DNA of 64,000 bases, taken from Camelus dromedarius. Its lineage: Eukaryota. The translations under genes were made by a program, and so were the position numbers. This document shows positions 13,301 through 26,159 of the stretch, piece by piece (the stretch's first letter is position 1; the number at the start of each line of letters is the position of its first letter). The DNA lies in the NCBI RefSeq assembly GCF_036321535.1, contig NC_087472.1:93126001-93190000 (forward strand), in the 5' to 3' direction. The notes below the pieces were generated by a model. The model was not told the DNA's origin, did no database searches, and saw nothing but the letters and a program-made list of their open reading frames with translations.

Positions 13301-14564
13301 AAAGGTGAAGTCACAAAATATGGGGGAGGTTCCCATATTTTTAGGCAGTTTTTAGAGAAAGGTGGGTCCTTGGAAACTGGACCAGACAACTGCTATAAGA
13401 AAACCTACTTCAAATTCTCTTAATGCAGGCTCTACTTTGACTGGAGGTTGTTTTGTGTCTAAAATTTAAGTATAATGAAGTATAATTGCTCATCAATGTC
13501 AGAAATACATTGTAGATATAGTAAGTCATTTGAAATAGTGAAAGATTATTTTTAATGTAAAAAGGGAACATGGGTGTTTCCTACCTCCCCCTTTTAAACC
13601 TAAGGCCTGGCGGTAGACACAGTATGTATATACACATGTGTAACATACACATAACAGTTTGCCTTCTGTACTTGTGCCTTTATAATGTGAACACAATTTC
13701 AGCTCTCGTAATAAGCCAGTATCTGCACAGAGGTCACTTTCCTCAGCCCCACCGTTCTACTCAGTCTGAAATCTTTTTCCTAAACAGTCACAGTGCTGTA
13801 ATCCCAGGGTGCATTGTTTATTCCAAATATCTCTATTGCCATCCTTTTTTTTTTGAAATTTAGAAGGCTTTGGGAGATGATTTACTTGGCATATATCTTT
13901 TTTTTTTTTAAAAGCTGTCAAAGAAAGTTTGGCCTAATGCCTTACACTCTCAATGAAGTTACTTCCAGCAAGCTGATTCATCCAGATCCATTTCCTTGAC
14001 CTTAGTGGTGCATCCATGATATTTGAGGCAGTACATGCTGGTTGCTCTTAATGATGATAATTTAGAATTTCTCCATCTGAACAACATTTTAAAAAATAAG
14101 AGGCAATACAGAGTTCATCTTTCCACAGCTTTAGTCAAGGATGGAGTTGCATAGAAAGAGAATGAAATGTGTGTGGAAGAAAACAATTAGTGTGAATCGC
14201 TTTTTTATTCTGCTGACACTGTTGTGGAGAGGTGAAACATTGTTTATAACTTTCCAAGTCCTTCTCAGCTTATTGGAAATTCATAAAAATAATAAACTCA
14301 TTAGCCTAGATTTTTTAAAATGACAAATTAGTTTCTCTTTAAGTCATTAAAATATTATACTTGATAAATGTTTATTGACATGAAAACACTTGTGAAATAC
14401 ATTTAAACTTTTAAAACAAGTTAGTTCAGGTTTCAAGATATAATTTGAGCCCAGGTTTACATCCCCTCCCTCCTTAAATTCCATTTAAATTAAAAAGATG
14501 GTCATGTCACTCAGCCCTTGTAGCAACCAAGAAAGTGTCAATGTCCGGCTTCCACAATAAGCCT

Positions 14565-14566
<2 letters not shown>

Positions 14567-14614
<48 letters not shown>
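14567..14614. repeat. Perfect (AC)24 microsatellite
   Basis: Read directly from the sequence. Confidence 0.98.
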
Positions 14615-14617
<3 letters not shown>

Positions 14618-15214
14618 TGCACAGTAGAAAGTAAAAGATATCGCCCCTGTGTGATAGCTACCTCTACATTTCTAAAGGACTTTGGAGTTCTGGCCAGATA
14701 CGGGGCTCCCAAGCTCAGACCTGTTGTGCAAAGAGGCAGAGTTGTCAAACAGACAGAGTTGGAATAGTTGTCCAAGTGGAAATCTTGATCGCAAGAAGGT
14801 TTAGGGAATTTCATCCAATGGTGGCTACATATAAAATGCTGAAAATTAACTGCACACCAAAGTAATAAAATTATCTGCATTAGATTACTTTCAAAGTCAC
14901 ACTTTAGCAAAGTAAAAACAAAAGAGGAACTTCTTTCTCCTTTGTCTAGTACTACAACATTTGAATAACAGACCCTTAAGATTTCTTGTAAAATCTGTCT
15001 CTAATTTGAAGGATTAGCAAGGAAAAAAAGCAGAAAGGAGCAAGGAGAAAAGGAAAAGTGTAAATATTCCATCATGTTGATGACTCCAAGTAGATATTTT
15101 CCTATGGAAAAACAGAAGAGACATTTAAAAATCTCTAATTTTTAGCCTTAAAATGAACTGTGTTCTTATTCTAACTATGGAAGGCAATCAATCAAAAATC
15201 CAAAATGATTATTT

Positions 15215-15800
15215 TCAAAGTAATGGACAAAACCACAATCATAATGAGAGATTTTAATATTCCTCTTTCAGCCTTTATAAATGAGTAGACATACTGATCA
15301 AATTTAAAAACTCAATAGACAGGAAACAACAAACTCAATACTGCAGAAGTCCACATAATTAATTTAAAACATTGACCTGAGACATTTTCTCAGAAGTCAG
15401 AGGAAAAAGTTAATGAAATGAAGGTGATGAGTGAAAAGATAAGAGACCTAGAGGACAGATCCAGGAAATCCAATATGTACAATAATTCTATAAAAAGAGA
15501 ACAAAGCAAGCCAAAGGAAAGGAAAAAGTGAAAAAAGTTTCATGAACACAGGGAAGAACTGAACTTCAAATGGAAAAGTTCTTCTGAGAATAGGAAAAAA
15601 ATAAATGATAATAGCTACAGTTTTTTGAGCCCTTAAGATAATACAATTGTATTATTTTGTTACTAGGTTTGTGGTGATTTGTTTCAGCAGCAATAGGAAA
15701 CTAGTACAGAAATAGAAGATAAAATGGAGAAAACCACAATCATGGTAGAATATTCAAACATATCAATAACTTTTGAATGATTAACAAGGAAATATAGGAA
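15215..15800 (+). mobile_element. Mosaic of old L1/HAL1 ORF1 and ORF2-endonuclease fragments with an MLT1 3' tip (~15665-15708)
   Basis: gacaaaaccacaatcataatgagagattttaat (EN 'TIIxGDFN'-like); aagataagagacctagaggacagatccagg (ORF1); cagcagcaataggaaactagtaca (MLT1 end). Confidence 0.65.
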
Positions 15801-16479
15801 GTAAGTGACATGATAAATAGTTAATGCAATAGGACATTAAAGGGACGTTAAACTGAAGGTTTCAATCTCAGTGCCAGTTATGCCCAAGGTGAGTTACAAA
15901 ATGAGCACACTGGGTTTAGAAACAACAAACTTAAAAAAATGAATTGTATTACTTGAAGCCTCTCATCCACAGGTAGTAAGTAAACGGAAAATTTGAAAAC
16001 CTGAGAGACAATTAAAAAAAAAATAATTGCTGATACTCTGCTTTTGAACCCATGTGCTTTATCACAGGAACAGATAATGGGCACAAAAGGGGAAGAGAAT
16101 TTCTGAATTTACTTTAAAGAGCTTTCTGCACAGGCAAGAAAACCTCAGCAAAACATAGTATAGGAGGATGGGAAGGATATTAAGTTGACAAATATGGAAA
16201 AGCATTCACCCACTTCAAGGTTAGAGGAGAACTACAAAAGAAATACTTCCTAGAGTCAGACTTAAATACTTACAGCAGAGGAAACCAATGACACATGGGT
16301 ACTAGTCAAATGAAGCCTTTCTGAAACCCTTCCTGCTCTTGCTCCCTCCCCCTTAATACCAGAGGAGCCAGATACAGCCGGAAAATGGAGGAGGAGGGCA
16401 AAAGTGCCAGGAGGGATTTGGTGTAAAATAAAGGAAGCAAAAATATGGTTACTGGGTAATGTTCTGGGGGAAGAAATAA

Positions 16480-17510
16480 CTTTCTAGCTCATACTACACA
16501 CCAATCTCCAAAAGAAAAAAGATTTAAATATACAAAAATACAACCCAAAACTAACTTGACATTGGGAAAATTCTTTTACAATGAGGCATTGGGGAAGATC
16601 TTTCTACTTTGGCCAAATTTTAGAAGCCAAATAAGAAGAACAGATAATTCAACTACATACCATTAAAAATCTACATAGCAAAAAATAGCATCAGCAAAGT
16701 CAAATATTTGCATATATTTTCACTAGTAAGAGGATATTCTCCTTAGTATCTGAATACTAATCATCCCTCTCCGTTAATGAACATAAACAGAATTCATAGA
16801 AAAGAAAATACGAATGGATCTTAAATATATAGAAACATACTCTTTTTTACTGCTAAAAGGAGATGCAAATTAAAATGCATTAGAAGGTAATGTTTTTCAC
16901 CTTCTGGTTTGGGGAAAAAAGTTGAAAACTCAGTGTCAATAAGGCTATTGGGAAATACACACTCATTCATTTCTGGTTGGAATTACAATTTACACAACTC
17001 TCTGGAGGGCAATTGGTCAATATTTATTAGAATTATAGGCTTTGATCAAGCAGTGTCACTTTCTGGAATTTATCCTATAGATATACTAACTATATGAAAA
17101 GACTTTATTCATCTGATGTTTATAATAAATACTAGAAGAGTCGAATATCTTTCAGTGGATTGCTGGTTAGATTACTCATGGTAAACCCATAAATAAAGCT
17201 GGCAAAAAAATAAAGAAGCCCTTTATATACTGATACAGAAATACCTCTAAGAAATATTAAGTAAAAGCAAACTGAAAAACAGTATATTGAAGTTGTTTTC
17301 TTAGAAAAGGGAGGAGATAATTTATCCTCATATTTGCTAGTATTTGCTTTCAAACCTTTGGAAGGAGACACAAGAATTATTAATAGTGGCTACTCAGGTA
17401 GAAAGTGGGTTGTGAACCAGATTGGAAGGAGGAAGATTTTTTGACTGTACAACTTTTTCCATATATAAATTTTAATTCTTGACCCATGTAAAACAAAAAT
17501 ACTCATTCCA
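16480..17510 (+). mobile_element. Old L1 (L1MC/L1ME-type) ORF2 end and 3' UTR
   Basis: agatgcaaattaaaa...ctctggagggcaattggtcaata...tttctggaatttatcctatagatatact. Confidence 0.75.
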
Positions 17511-17599
17511 AAATTTTTTTAAAGGTTAAAATATACCTTAAGAAGAAGAATAGTAAAAAAAAAAAATTAAACGGCAGATGATATGATACAGGTAAATAA

Positions 17600-18045
17600 C
17601 TTGGAAAATGGAAGTTAATAGAACTTAGAACTTTGAAAGAACAATAAATTATACAAAACTCTGCCAATGCTTACCTGGAATATAGAACTAAAGACGGAGC
17701 ACATGAGATTATGAATAAGAAAAGTATATAACCACATACATAAAGGAGTTTGTAAATATAAAAAGTAATTGTAAAGCAATAAATGTGAATTCCTCTTTCC
17801 AGCAATGAAGTTTTTCTAGGAAAAGAAAAACTACCAAAACTGACTTAAAAAGACCCTGGAATGCAGAATTGTGGATTACAGAAGAAACTGAGCAAGGTTT
17901 TTAAGAATTACCGTCTTAGAATAGTGCCTGAATGGATATCCATGGGTGAGTTCTCCCCAGCCTTTAAGAAACAGGTACTTCCACTGGCATTCTAACAGTC
18001 TTACAGCAGAAAGCAAGAGACACTTCTATTTTGTTTCATGGACCT
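17600..18045 (+). mobile_element. Old L1 ORF2 internal fragment
   Basis: aactaccaaaactgact...gggtgagttctccccagcctttaagaaacag resemble the ORF2 Z-domain region. Confidence 0.6.
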
Positions 18046-19394
18046 TCTACCATATCATGATGATATGGTAAACAAGTTGAGTCAGTACAGATATAAACAT
18101 GTTAAGCCCTATGCCTTTCCCTGGCAATAATTTTATCAGTTGTATTCCCACATTGAATAAACATCTATACATTCTCATACCATTGTGGCTCCCTTCACAA
18201 ATACTATGTTTATGACAGCATCTTCACTAGAAACTTCTGTTTGTACAAGTTAACTGCTATAGGAAGTACATTACAAGAAGAGTTCCAGGAAGCGCAGGCA
18301 TTCTTCATTCCTTGTAAAATCGCTTCCATTAAACTGAGGTTTTTGTTTTGTTTTGTTTTGTTTTTGTTTTTTCTGAGCACACAGGTTAACAGATTATCTT
18401 CTTCTTCCTCTCATAAAAGTCTTGAGTTTGATTCGGGAGCTAGGTTTTTCCTCTTCTAATTATAGAGTGGAATAGTTAAGATATATCTACTTTTAATTAA
18501 TCCAAATGAACAAAGATTACAAAATTTTACTGATAGAATCTTTTAGGTACATTAGTACATTTTTTAAGGCTTACCTAAAAAAGTGATTCCAAATATCTAT
18601 GGCATGACTATAAAATCATAAATATCATTCATTCCATTAAAAGATAATACCATAGGGAAAATAATATCTGTTCTTTCTACTAAGAATGGACAAAGTAGAA
18701 ATAAAGTATCATAAGAGCATATTTATATACACTAGAAGTACTTACAATTAGACTGTTACAGAAATTAAGTTATACTTATATATACTGTTATACAAATCAA
18801 CTGTTAAATTCATTTCTAAAGTGTCTGCCAAATTCTGACAAGTGATTTATTGATGATGTTGTGATCCAAAAACTCTTAATAGTCTTTAAAAAGTCCTGAA
18901 ACACCTTAAAGAAATTAAGTGGAGGGTATGTAAGATTAAGATACTCCCCTGAGCTATCTAGATAGCCCTCTTGTTCAATATTCACTGTTTCTTCTGATTT
19001 AAATGTTTTTTCCCCCTTGGGAATTTTCAGAGCCTGTAATTCTTACTTTCCATTATTTAGTTTAATTTACCAACCTTATCTCCCACCACATTTCACACAT
19101 ATTTCTTCAGGCAAAAATCACCTTTTTTTTTTTTACCCATCAGACATAGGCTACTTATTCCAAATTCTGTCTTTGCTTTCCTAATTGCTTATACTCAGAA
19201 CATAATTATCCACATTCACTTCTCAAAATCTTATCAATTCTGGTAGCGCTATCTAATATTTTACTATCTCTGTGATGTGGTTTCAAGAACCTAATGACCT
19301 GATTTTTTTATACATATACTTTATATTTTGACACATGGATAAGATTAATATTTATTTTATATTGTCTCATTTTGCTCTCTAAATATTTTATGTT

Positions 19395-19495
19395 TGTTAG
19401 AACTGTGTCCTGAAAATACTGTGATAGAAAGCTCATGAGGGCAGTATCCTTTGCAAATACACTTTTATATTCATTCCAGTACCTAACATACTTCT
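19395..19495 (+). mobile_element. L2 3' end
   Basis: aagctcatgagggcag...ccagtacctaacata. Confidence 0.55.
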
Positions 19496-19499
19496 CAAA

Positions 19500-20059
19500 G
19501 AGTGGTTTCTGAAACCATGTCAGCAGCATCACCTGGTGTTATTGACTGAGGTATATTCACTCAAAATTCATATCTTGAAGCCCTAGCACCCAATCTGATT
19601 CTATTTGGAGATAGGACTTCTAGAGTGGTAATTAAAGTTATTTCATAAGGTCGGGGCCCTAATCTAATATAAATGGTGTCCTTAGAAGAAAAGGAACAGA
19701 CAGGAGAAAACTCTCTCTCCAAAAGTGCACAAAGAAATAGTCACATGAGCACGTGGTGAGGTGGTGGCCACCTACAAGCCTGGGAAAAGGTCTTAGAATG
19801 AAATCTATCTTGCTGCCACCTTGATTAGGACTTCCCAGCCTCCAGAACTGTGAGAAGTAAATTTCTGTTGTATAAGCCACCCAGTCAGTGGTATTTTGTT
19901 AAGGCAACCCAAGCAGATTGATAAACTTGGGAGCTTGTTAGAAATGCAAGTTTTGGGGCTCCACTCCAGACCAGAAGCTCTGGAATTGAAGCTCAGGGGT
20001 CTATGTTGTAACTAGCCCCCCACGGTATTCTGATGCAAGCAAAAGTTTGAGAACCACCA
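19500..20059 (+). mobile_element. MER5A split by an MLT1 LTR (arms 19500-19536 and 19926-20059)
   Basis: agtggtttct...cagcagcatcacctgg | gagcttgttagaaatgca...ttctgatgca...aagtttgagaaccac. Confidence 0.9.
19537..19925 (+). mobile_element. MaLR solo LTR (MLT1A/B-like), full length
   Basis: tgttattgactga...aaaattcatatcttgaagccct...cctccagaactgtgagaa...ggtattttgtt; 5-bp TSD cctgg/cttgg. Confidence 0.92.
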
Positions 20060-21239
20060 ACTTAACACATTGCTAAGTATGTTAGTTTATACTGAGGAAT
20101 CTGAGGAATGTCTTTGATACTTTGATTAGAAATATGTGTTCCTTATATGAGTTTGACTTGTTAAGGCTTTGATATTATACATTCCTAAACCCATTTCACA
20201 AGGTAAGCCCATTATATTTTAACACACACTAGATACCTAGTTTTGAACACTCCTGAATTTTACCATTAAATCCTCATTTGGACATTAAAACTATCTCTTT
20301 CAAACTGGGCTTCAGTTTTTCAGTGCTCATTTGTCCCTCTCGTTGTTATTCCCTTCTTGGCATTTTTGTAGTGTGGAAGTGTCTGCAAGAGATTAGGATA
20401 ATTCATTTCCCAAATAAATACCTTCTGGCTTTAGTATTCACATCCAATATTTAGAAACCTTGAAGACTTTTTAGAGAGTCCATGTACGTATGAAGAGAAA
20501 GGTTTCAATGGAAATCAAAATGAGTCAGTGAGAAAATCTGCACCCTATTGATAGTGGCACTTTTGTTCTGAGGGCCTGGTAATATGAGAAATTGAAGAAT
20601 GCCATCAGAGTTACTGACTTGAAACATATCCAGCATTACTTTGTAAAAGTGTTCTGTACTGCAGAAAGGATATATTTTTTAATAGCCAGACACTTTGCCA
20701 TCTTCACTGCATAAATATGATTTTAAATGTTATAGGAAAGACAACATATAAATATGTACCATTATGTACATTTAAAAAAAAAAAAGAAAGAACTTGCCAT
20801 TTGGCCGCCTTTAGCAATATCTTCTTCCTAATTATAGAATACAAAAGTTGTATTTTTATAATTTGTCATTGTGTGAAAGGAACTCAAGTAAAATGCAGTC
20901 CTCCCAAACATTTAAAGATTTATAATTAAGGAGCTGTCGGCTGAACAACTGAGTTTATTCATGATGCAAGTCACTCACCTTCAAATGCCTTTTTTCATGA
21001 CAGATTGAAAAAAAGCAAGAGTCAAATATTCCTCTGCAATTCAGATTACAAAGTATACTAAATACTTGAATCAAATCATATTTTGAAAGCCCATGAATAC
21101 CTTTGTTTAAAAAAAATTGTAACACCGTGTTCATGAAGCCCAGTAGTTTTCTAAAAGTGAAGGTTTCCTATTATACTTTAAAATTCTCTTGAAACATTTT
21201 CTAGTGCAGTGTGACCACAATTCCAATTAAGATGAACTC

Positions 21240-21362
21240 ACTAGACTTGAGTAGATCGTGACTCCTTGTTGGCAGCACCCATGTCTTATTTTCCTTTGTA
21301 TTCCCCCAACAGATAGCATGCAGCTTGAAACATAGCTGTTTCTAAATATTATTGAATGAGTT
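21240..21362 (+). mobile_element. L2 3' end
   Basis: catgtcttattttcctttgtattcccc...aaatattattgaatga. Confidence 0.7.
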
Positions 21363-21602
21363 TAGTTTAATAGAGGTACAAAGACAGCTCAGTATAGAAT
21401 CCCTATAATTTGCTTGAGAAATCTTTGTTTCCTAGACTTGCATAAACTTGCATTTATTGAGAAAGTGCATGTAATTAAATTGTAAGAATAAATTGCAGAG
21501 GGGTTTCATTACCAAAAATGATGACATGGTTCATTTAATTTTCAAAACCGTCAGTCACTAGTGCTATCAACAGTGGATCAAAATTTCAAATCTGTCTGCT
21601 AG

Positions 21603-21654
21603 TGTGTGTGTGTGTGTGTGGGGTATATATGTATGTGTGTGTGTGTGTATATAT
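21603..21654. repeat. Compound (TG)n/(TA)n microsatellite
   Basis: Read directly from the sequence. Confidence 0.9.
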
Positions 21655-21854
21655 GCCTTAAGTAGGCCATTGCGTTTAATTTAGGAGAACGGGTGACTCA
21701 GACAGTTCATCACTAATAATTATTTTGTCTTATGAGTTGAAAGGTAGGAGTCAATTTGAATGATTCCTCTCATGACTTGCCTGTGAATTATAATGCATTT
21801 GAAGCTATTTTCTGGATCTGACTTTTTTCTGACTGATAAAATTTTTTTTAAATG

Positions 21855-22248
21855 TGTTTGAGGGAAGACTGCCTTTTCTGACTTTGGATGTGAACTTCTC
21901 TTGCCTAGAAAGGTTTTCATTTAGACCTTTTAAGTCTGCATTTGTATCTATTGTAGACTCATTTTGCCAAGACCATCCTTTCTCTTTCATGACTCTCATT
22001 TGAAGCTTTGGATTGTTTTGTGGTATTTGAATTTTAACATATAATCTTTCTTGTAAATGATTTTAACTATTTTAAAATAGTTTAAAATTTTTATTTTATA
22101 AAATTCTGGGTTTTTTTTTTTTTTTCCTGACTGATAATCTTTTAAAAATATGTTTGAGGGAAGACTGCCTTTTCTGACTTTGGATATGAACTTCTCTTGC
22201 CTAGAAAGGTTTTCATTTAGACCTTTTAAGTCTGCATTTGTATCTATT
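21855..22248 (+). repeat. Direct repeat pair of unique DNA: 21855-21952 and 22151-22248 (97/98 identical)
   Basis: Manual alignment; the single difference is ggatGtgaac vs ggatAtgaac. Confidence 0.97.
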
Positions 22249-23171
22249 CTGACACATGATCAAAATTTTTACAATAATTTCTTCCTCTTTGAAACAGATC
22301 AGTTCAAAGAGAGTCCCAAGGCTGACTGTGTGTTTGTGTAGATTGATAGTATGAATACTGAAACAGCTTCAGATCATCTTCATTATTCAGGTGTATTTTT
22401 CCAAAAGAGGCAGAGATTATGCAAAATCACAATGGAAGACTGAGGGTGGGACAGACATAGGCAGGAGGGTTATAACCAACAGGTTGAAGACTGACAAAGA
22501 CATGACCATCGAGTTAATTGCAACCTGCTAGTCTAATCTGACGCTGCAATTTAAAAATCTTCACTATCTTTCCTTACCAGCTGTCAAGACTCAGTGGAGA
22601 ACATCATAAAACCATAAGACCCTGCCTAAGTAGCTTTTACCATCAGTATTATTCTCTCCCCTCCTCTTCACCATTCTGCTACACCCTCAAGATATCATAA
22701 ATATTTGGGAAAATAAAAATGTCTTCACTGGAAAAGTCTGGAGATTATTTCTCTCAAGTAAACACTGGGAAAGAAGTTGTTAAGGAAGGTCTCAAGATAG
22801 ATTAAAAGAAAAAATAAAGCTATAATTTTCATGATACAGTATTTGTTTATTGGATTTATGCCATAAAAAAAAAGTATGTGCGTGGAAGGGGGAAGGGACT
22901 GGATTTGAGTTTAAACAAGCTTGGGAAACACTAGAGTGAAGTAAATTGAAGAGATTCCATGACAACAGGGTTTATTAGTGCCAAGTTACTTGGAGAAGCA
23001 CCAAGAGAGGGTAAGACCCCTTCTCACAGAACATTTTTGGGGGGTGGGTATACTTTTTGCGTATACATTTTTTTCTCCTAGAGTGTATCTTCATGTACAA
23101 ACTATTCAAAGGTATTACACATCAGGAAAGTCTGGTAGAGTGCGGAACTATGCAAAAATCACTTTCAAATC

Positions 23172-23312
23172 TGTGGCTTACAGAAAAGAGCATAGACTTT
23201 GGAGTAAGACCTTGTTTTGAAACTAGACTATTACAGATGCTAGTTTTATATAACTTTGGAATAATTGGTGAATCTGAGCCTCATTTGTTACTTGATGAAA
23301 TAGGGTAAGAAA
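23172..23312 (+). mobile_element. MIR SINE fragment
   Basis: gaaaagagcatagactttggagtaagacct...tctgagcctca...gaaatagggtaa. Confidence 0.75.
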
Positions 23313-23339
23313 ATCAGCATCCTGCCTATAATAATTGTG

Positions 23340-24003
23340 CTCCATTCTCTTTTTTCTTCAATTGAATATATATTAGAGTTTTTAAAATCATGTCCCTTAT
23401 GCCTCATGTTCTTTTCCATGTTTACATAATTTTTCCTCAGTGTGCTTTTATCTGAAATAAGATTTATTTTCTAGTTCACCTATGTTTATTCTGTAGTTAA
23501 ATCCATCTATTAATTTCTTAATTTTACTTATGGTATATTTCAGTTCTAGAACTGCTATTTCATGTACTTTTATATATATTCCAGCTCTCCAGTGAAATTC
23601 TCCACATTTTCCTGTTTTATTGAATATATTAATTATAGTTATTTTAAAGTCTGTGTCTGCTAAAACCAATATTGGTTTTATGTTTCATTTGTATATAATT
23701 TTTCCTCTTGGCTTTCGGTCATTTTTGTCTTATTTCCTGAAATGAGTTATAATTTGGGGTGAAATGCCAGCCTCTCAATGAATTTAACTTTTTTTCCAGT
23801 GTGCAGTTAGAATCAAAGCAGATCATTTCAATCCCATCATATATTGATATGACTCAAGGCTGTCTTATAAGCTTTGGAGAACTTGATTTACATTTGTTTG
23901 CCTTATTCCTAGGGCTTAAACCTTCAGAGGCCGTGGGCTCCAGTATTTTAGACTTCCCAAATATCTGCTTGGCATCACAGCCTCTTAGCATCTGCTTTTT
24001 TCC

Positions 24004-24064
<61 letters not shown>

Positions 24065-24510
24065 TTTTTTGGGTTTTTTTGGCCTCTCACTCCATTGATT
24101 TCTCAAGGAAAAACTGAGTGTAGATCAACAACTCTGTAGATCAGAGTTCTTTAATATCTTCAAATTCTGGGAACTTGGCACTCGAAGTATTGACTGTCTT
24201 TGTAGCTCTGAACTCCAATGTTTGCCTCTCCATCCTAGTGAGACTGCTGCAAGCTGCCACTGTATTTGATGACGCCTTGAGACCCAATGAAGATAAGCAA
24301 ATGTCTCTAGAGGAAAAGTGTTAGCAAATGTATGTCCAGTCTCATTTCATGTCCCTTGCTTTCTGGATCTTGAGTCTGCTTTGTTCATCTGTCTGGGTTG
24401 CTTTATGATGCTTTCATAATTTTTTTCTATATTTTATTTAGCCTGTATAGTTTGTCTCTGTAGGAAGGTTAGTCTCATATAGGCTACTTTTTGCATAGCC
24501 AGTAGGAAAA
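23340..24510 (-). mobile_element. Old L1 5' region (ORF1 coiled-coil and 5' UTR remnants)
   Basis: ggtatatttcagttctagaa...aattatagttattttaaagtctgtgtctgctaa; ORF 23448..23669(-) resembles the L1 ORF1 N-terminus (DTDFKITIINIF...ELKYTISKIK). Confidence 0.7.
24005..24060. repeat. Perfect (TG)28 microsatellite
   Basis: Read directly from the sequence. Confidence 0.98.
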
Positions 24511-24999
24511 ATATTTGTTTCTAGAATGTTTTTAAGTCATAAATATTATATAGTTAATATATTTTCCTTAAGTCCTTAATACTAGATTTTTCTTCCCAAA
24601 GATTGTGATCTTGAAAAAAGTTTTCTCAGTTATTAACTATGTTCTCAGTTGTTCACTAGGCCTTTATTTTAAATTAAAAATAATACTAGAAAACTCATTG
24701 ATCATATTTCAAATCAAAATATAATTGCTTGATTTTCTTTCCATTTTAAATTATATATAGAAAGTAAATAAGATTTAAGTTATAGTAAACGTTTCTGGGA
24801 GGTAATCCAGCATCCTCAAACTGCATCATGAATTTGAGGATGTAAATAAAATTCTTATCAGCTCTTTAAGATGGAATAAAATGCATACAATTTCTTTGGA
24901 AGACTAACTACAACAGGGAGTTGCAGTTACATCTGGGAAGGGGGACTGAGGTGCTGAAAACCAGTTGAGGGAAGGTATCTTATTTAAGGAAAGTATTTA

Positions 25000-25490
25000 A
25001 CAGCATGTTACAGAAGCTGACTATAGTGCCTTAACCAAATCTGCAGTCGGTTTGTTTCTTTGTATTCTCAAAACAAGGGAACAGTGAATGAGCAAGCAAG
25101 AACCAGTGCACCTACTCAAAGAACTGAGATGCTTTACCCTCCCCGCTCTACATCTCTTGATGTACAGGCTTAGTCTTTGTCATTACAAAGGTGGTTACTC
25201 TACCTCTAAGAATTCAGTTTACATTCCAGGCAGAAAAAAAAAAAAATGAGGAAAGTGGTAGGGCAAATTTACTTGCTATCTGAGACTCTATTTTCATCAG
25301 GAAAGTAACTCTTAGAAACCCACCCAGTAACTCCTGCTTTTGTCTTGTTTGTGGGAGGTAAGCCACAAGGCCCTATTTAGCTGCAGAGGAGCCTGGTAAG
25401 TATGTGTTCTTAAAATGCACATGGGTGTCTTGAATAAGAGTTCGCTTCACAAAAGTAGGAGAGTCAATGTAATATAAACAGCCAGCATTG
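25000..25490 (-). mobile_element. Old MaLR LTR (MLT1J/K-like)
   Basis: agtgccttaaccaaat...acattccaggcag...tagctgcagaggagcctggtaag. Confidence 0.6.
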
Positions 25491-26159
25491 TCTATTTCTC
25501 ACAGTGTATGTTTAGATAATGTTTGATTTTTTAAAAAAAAATGTGTCAAGTCATTTAAAGCCACTTAAAATAAATTATACATTTTAAGCATAGATATAAA
25601 GAATAACATGAAAAATTCCTATACATATTCTGTATGCATAGGTGTGTATATGTCTGTATGTATTAAGGTCCTAGTTTTCCAAAAGTAAATGAAGTCATAT
25701 TTCTTTTTGTACTTACCTGCCTTGTTTTCCGGCTTTACAAATAACATGTTTTAATATATTTTTAAATAATATAACTATAAATTTGGGGAAAAATTAAATA
25801 AATCCCGCTTGTATAACATTCAGTGAAGAGTTGAGGCACGTGACTAAATACAGTGTTATGGATAGCATTCTAAAAAGTCCCAAGTTCCTAACAAAGTTAC
25901 TTAAATTTTGCAATAGAGCAAGTTGTTACAATGATATACCCAAATACATAAGAAGCATTTGGGCTTTAGCAATATTTTTCCCATTGGCCTTATAGCAGCA
26001 TCCTTTTCTCCTCTCATCAAGTATCTACCCATCTGTTTAAAAATTCTGTGATAACTGCCTGAGCTGGCATTGACAGATGATTTTTAAGGATAAGAGAGAA
26101 AAATAAGTCCAGACAAGAATATATATTTTATGTGTTAGGGCAGCTTCAAATAAAAATGG

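Noticed and set aside
20435..20551. Short exon-like frame YSHPIFRNLEDFLESPCTYEEKG...
   Set aside because: Under 40 codons, no recognisable homology and no partner exons.
21824..22251. Repeat-spacer-repeat as a CRISPR-like array
   Set aside because: There are only two ~100-130 bp copies, no cas genes, and the context is mammalian.
22298..22390. Possible 93-bp coding exon (pyrimidine tract-cag ... cag/gtgtat)
   Set aside because: All three frames contain stop codons and the donor is weak. A non-coding exon cannot be excluded but has no support.
23759..24139. 126-aa ORF with CV repeats (also 14563..14910 and 23854..24090)
   Set aside because: The frames are kept open by (TG)n/(CA)n microsatellites.
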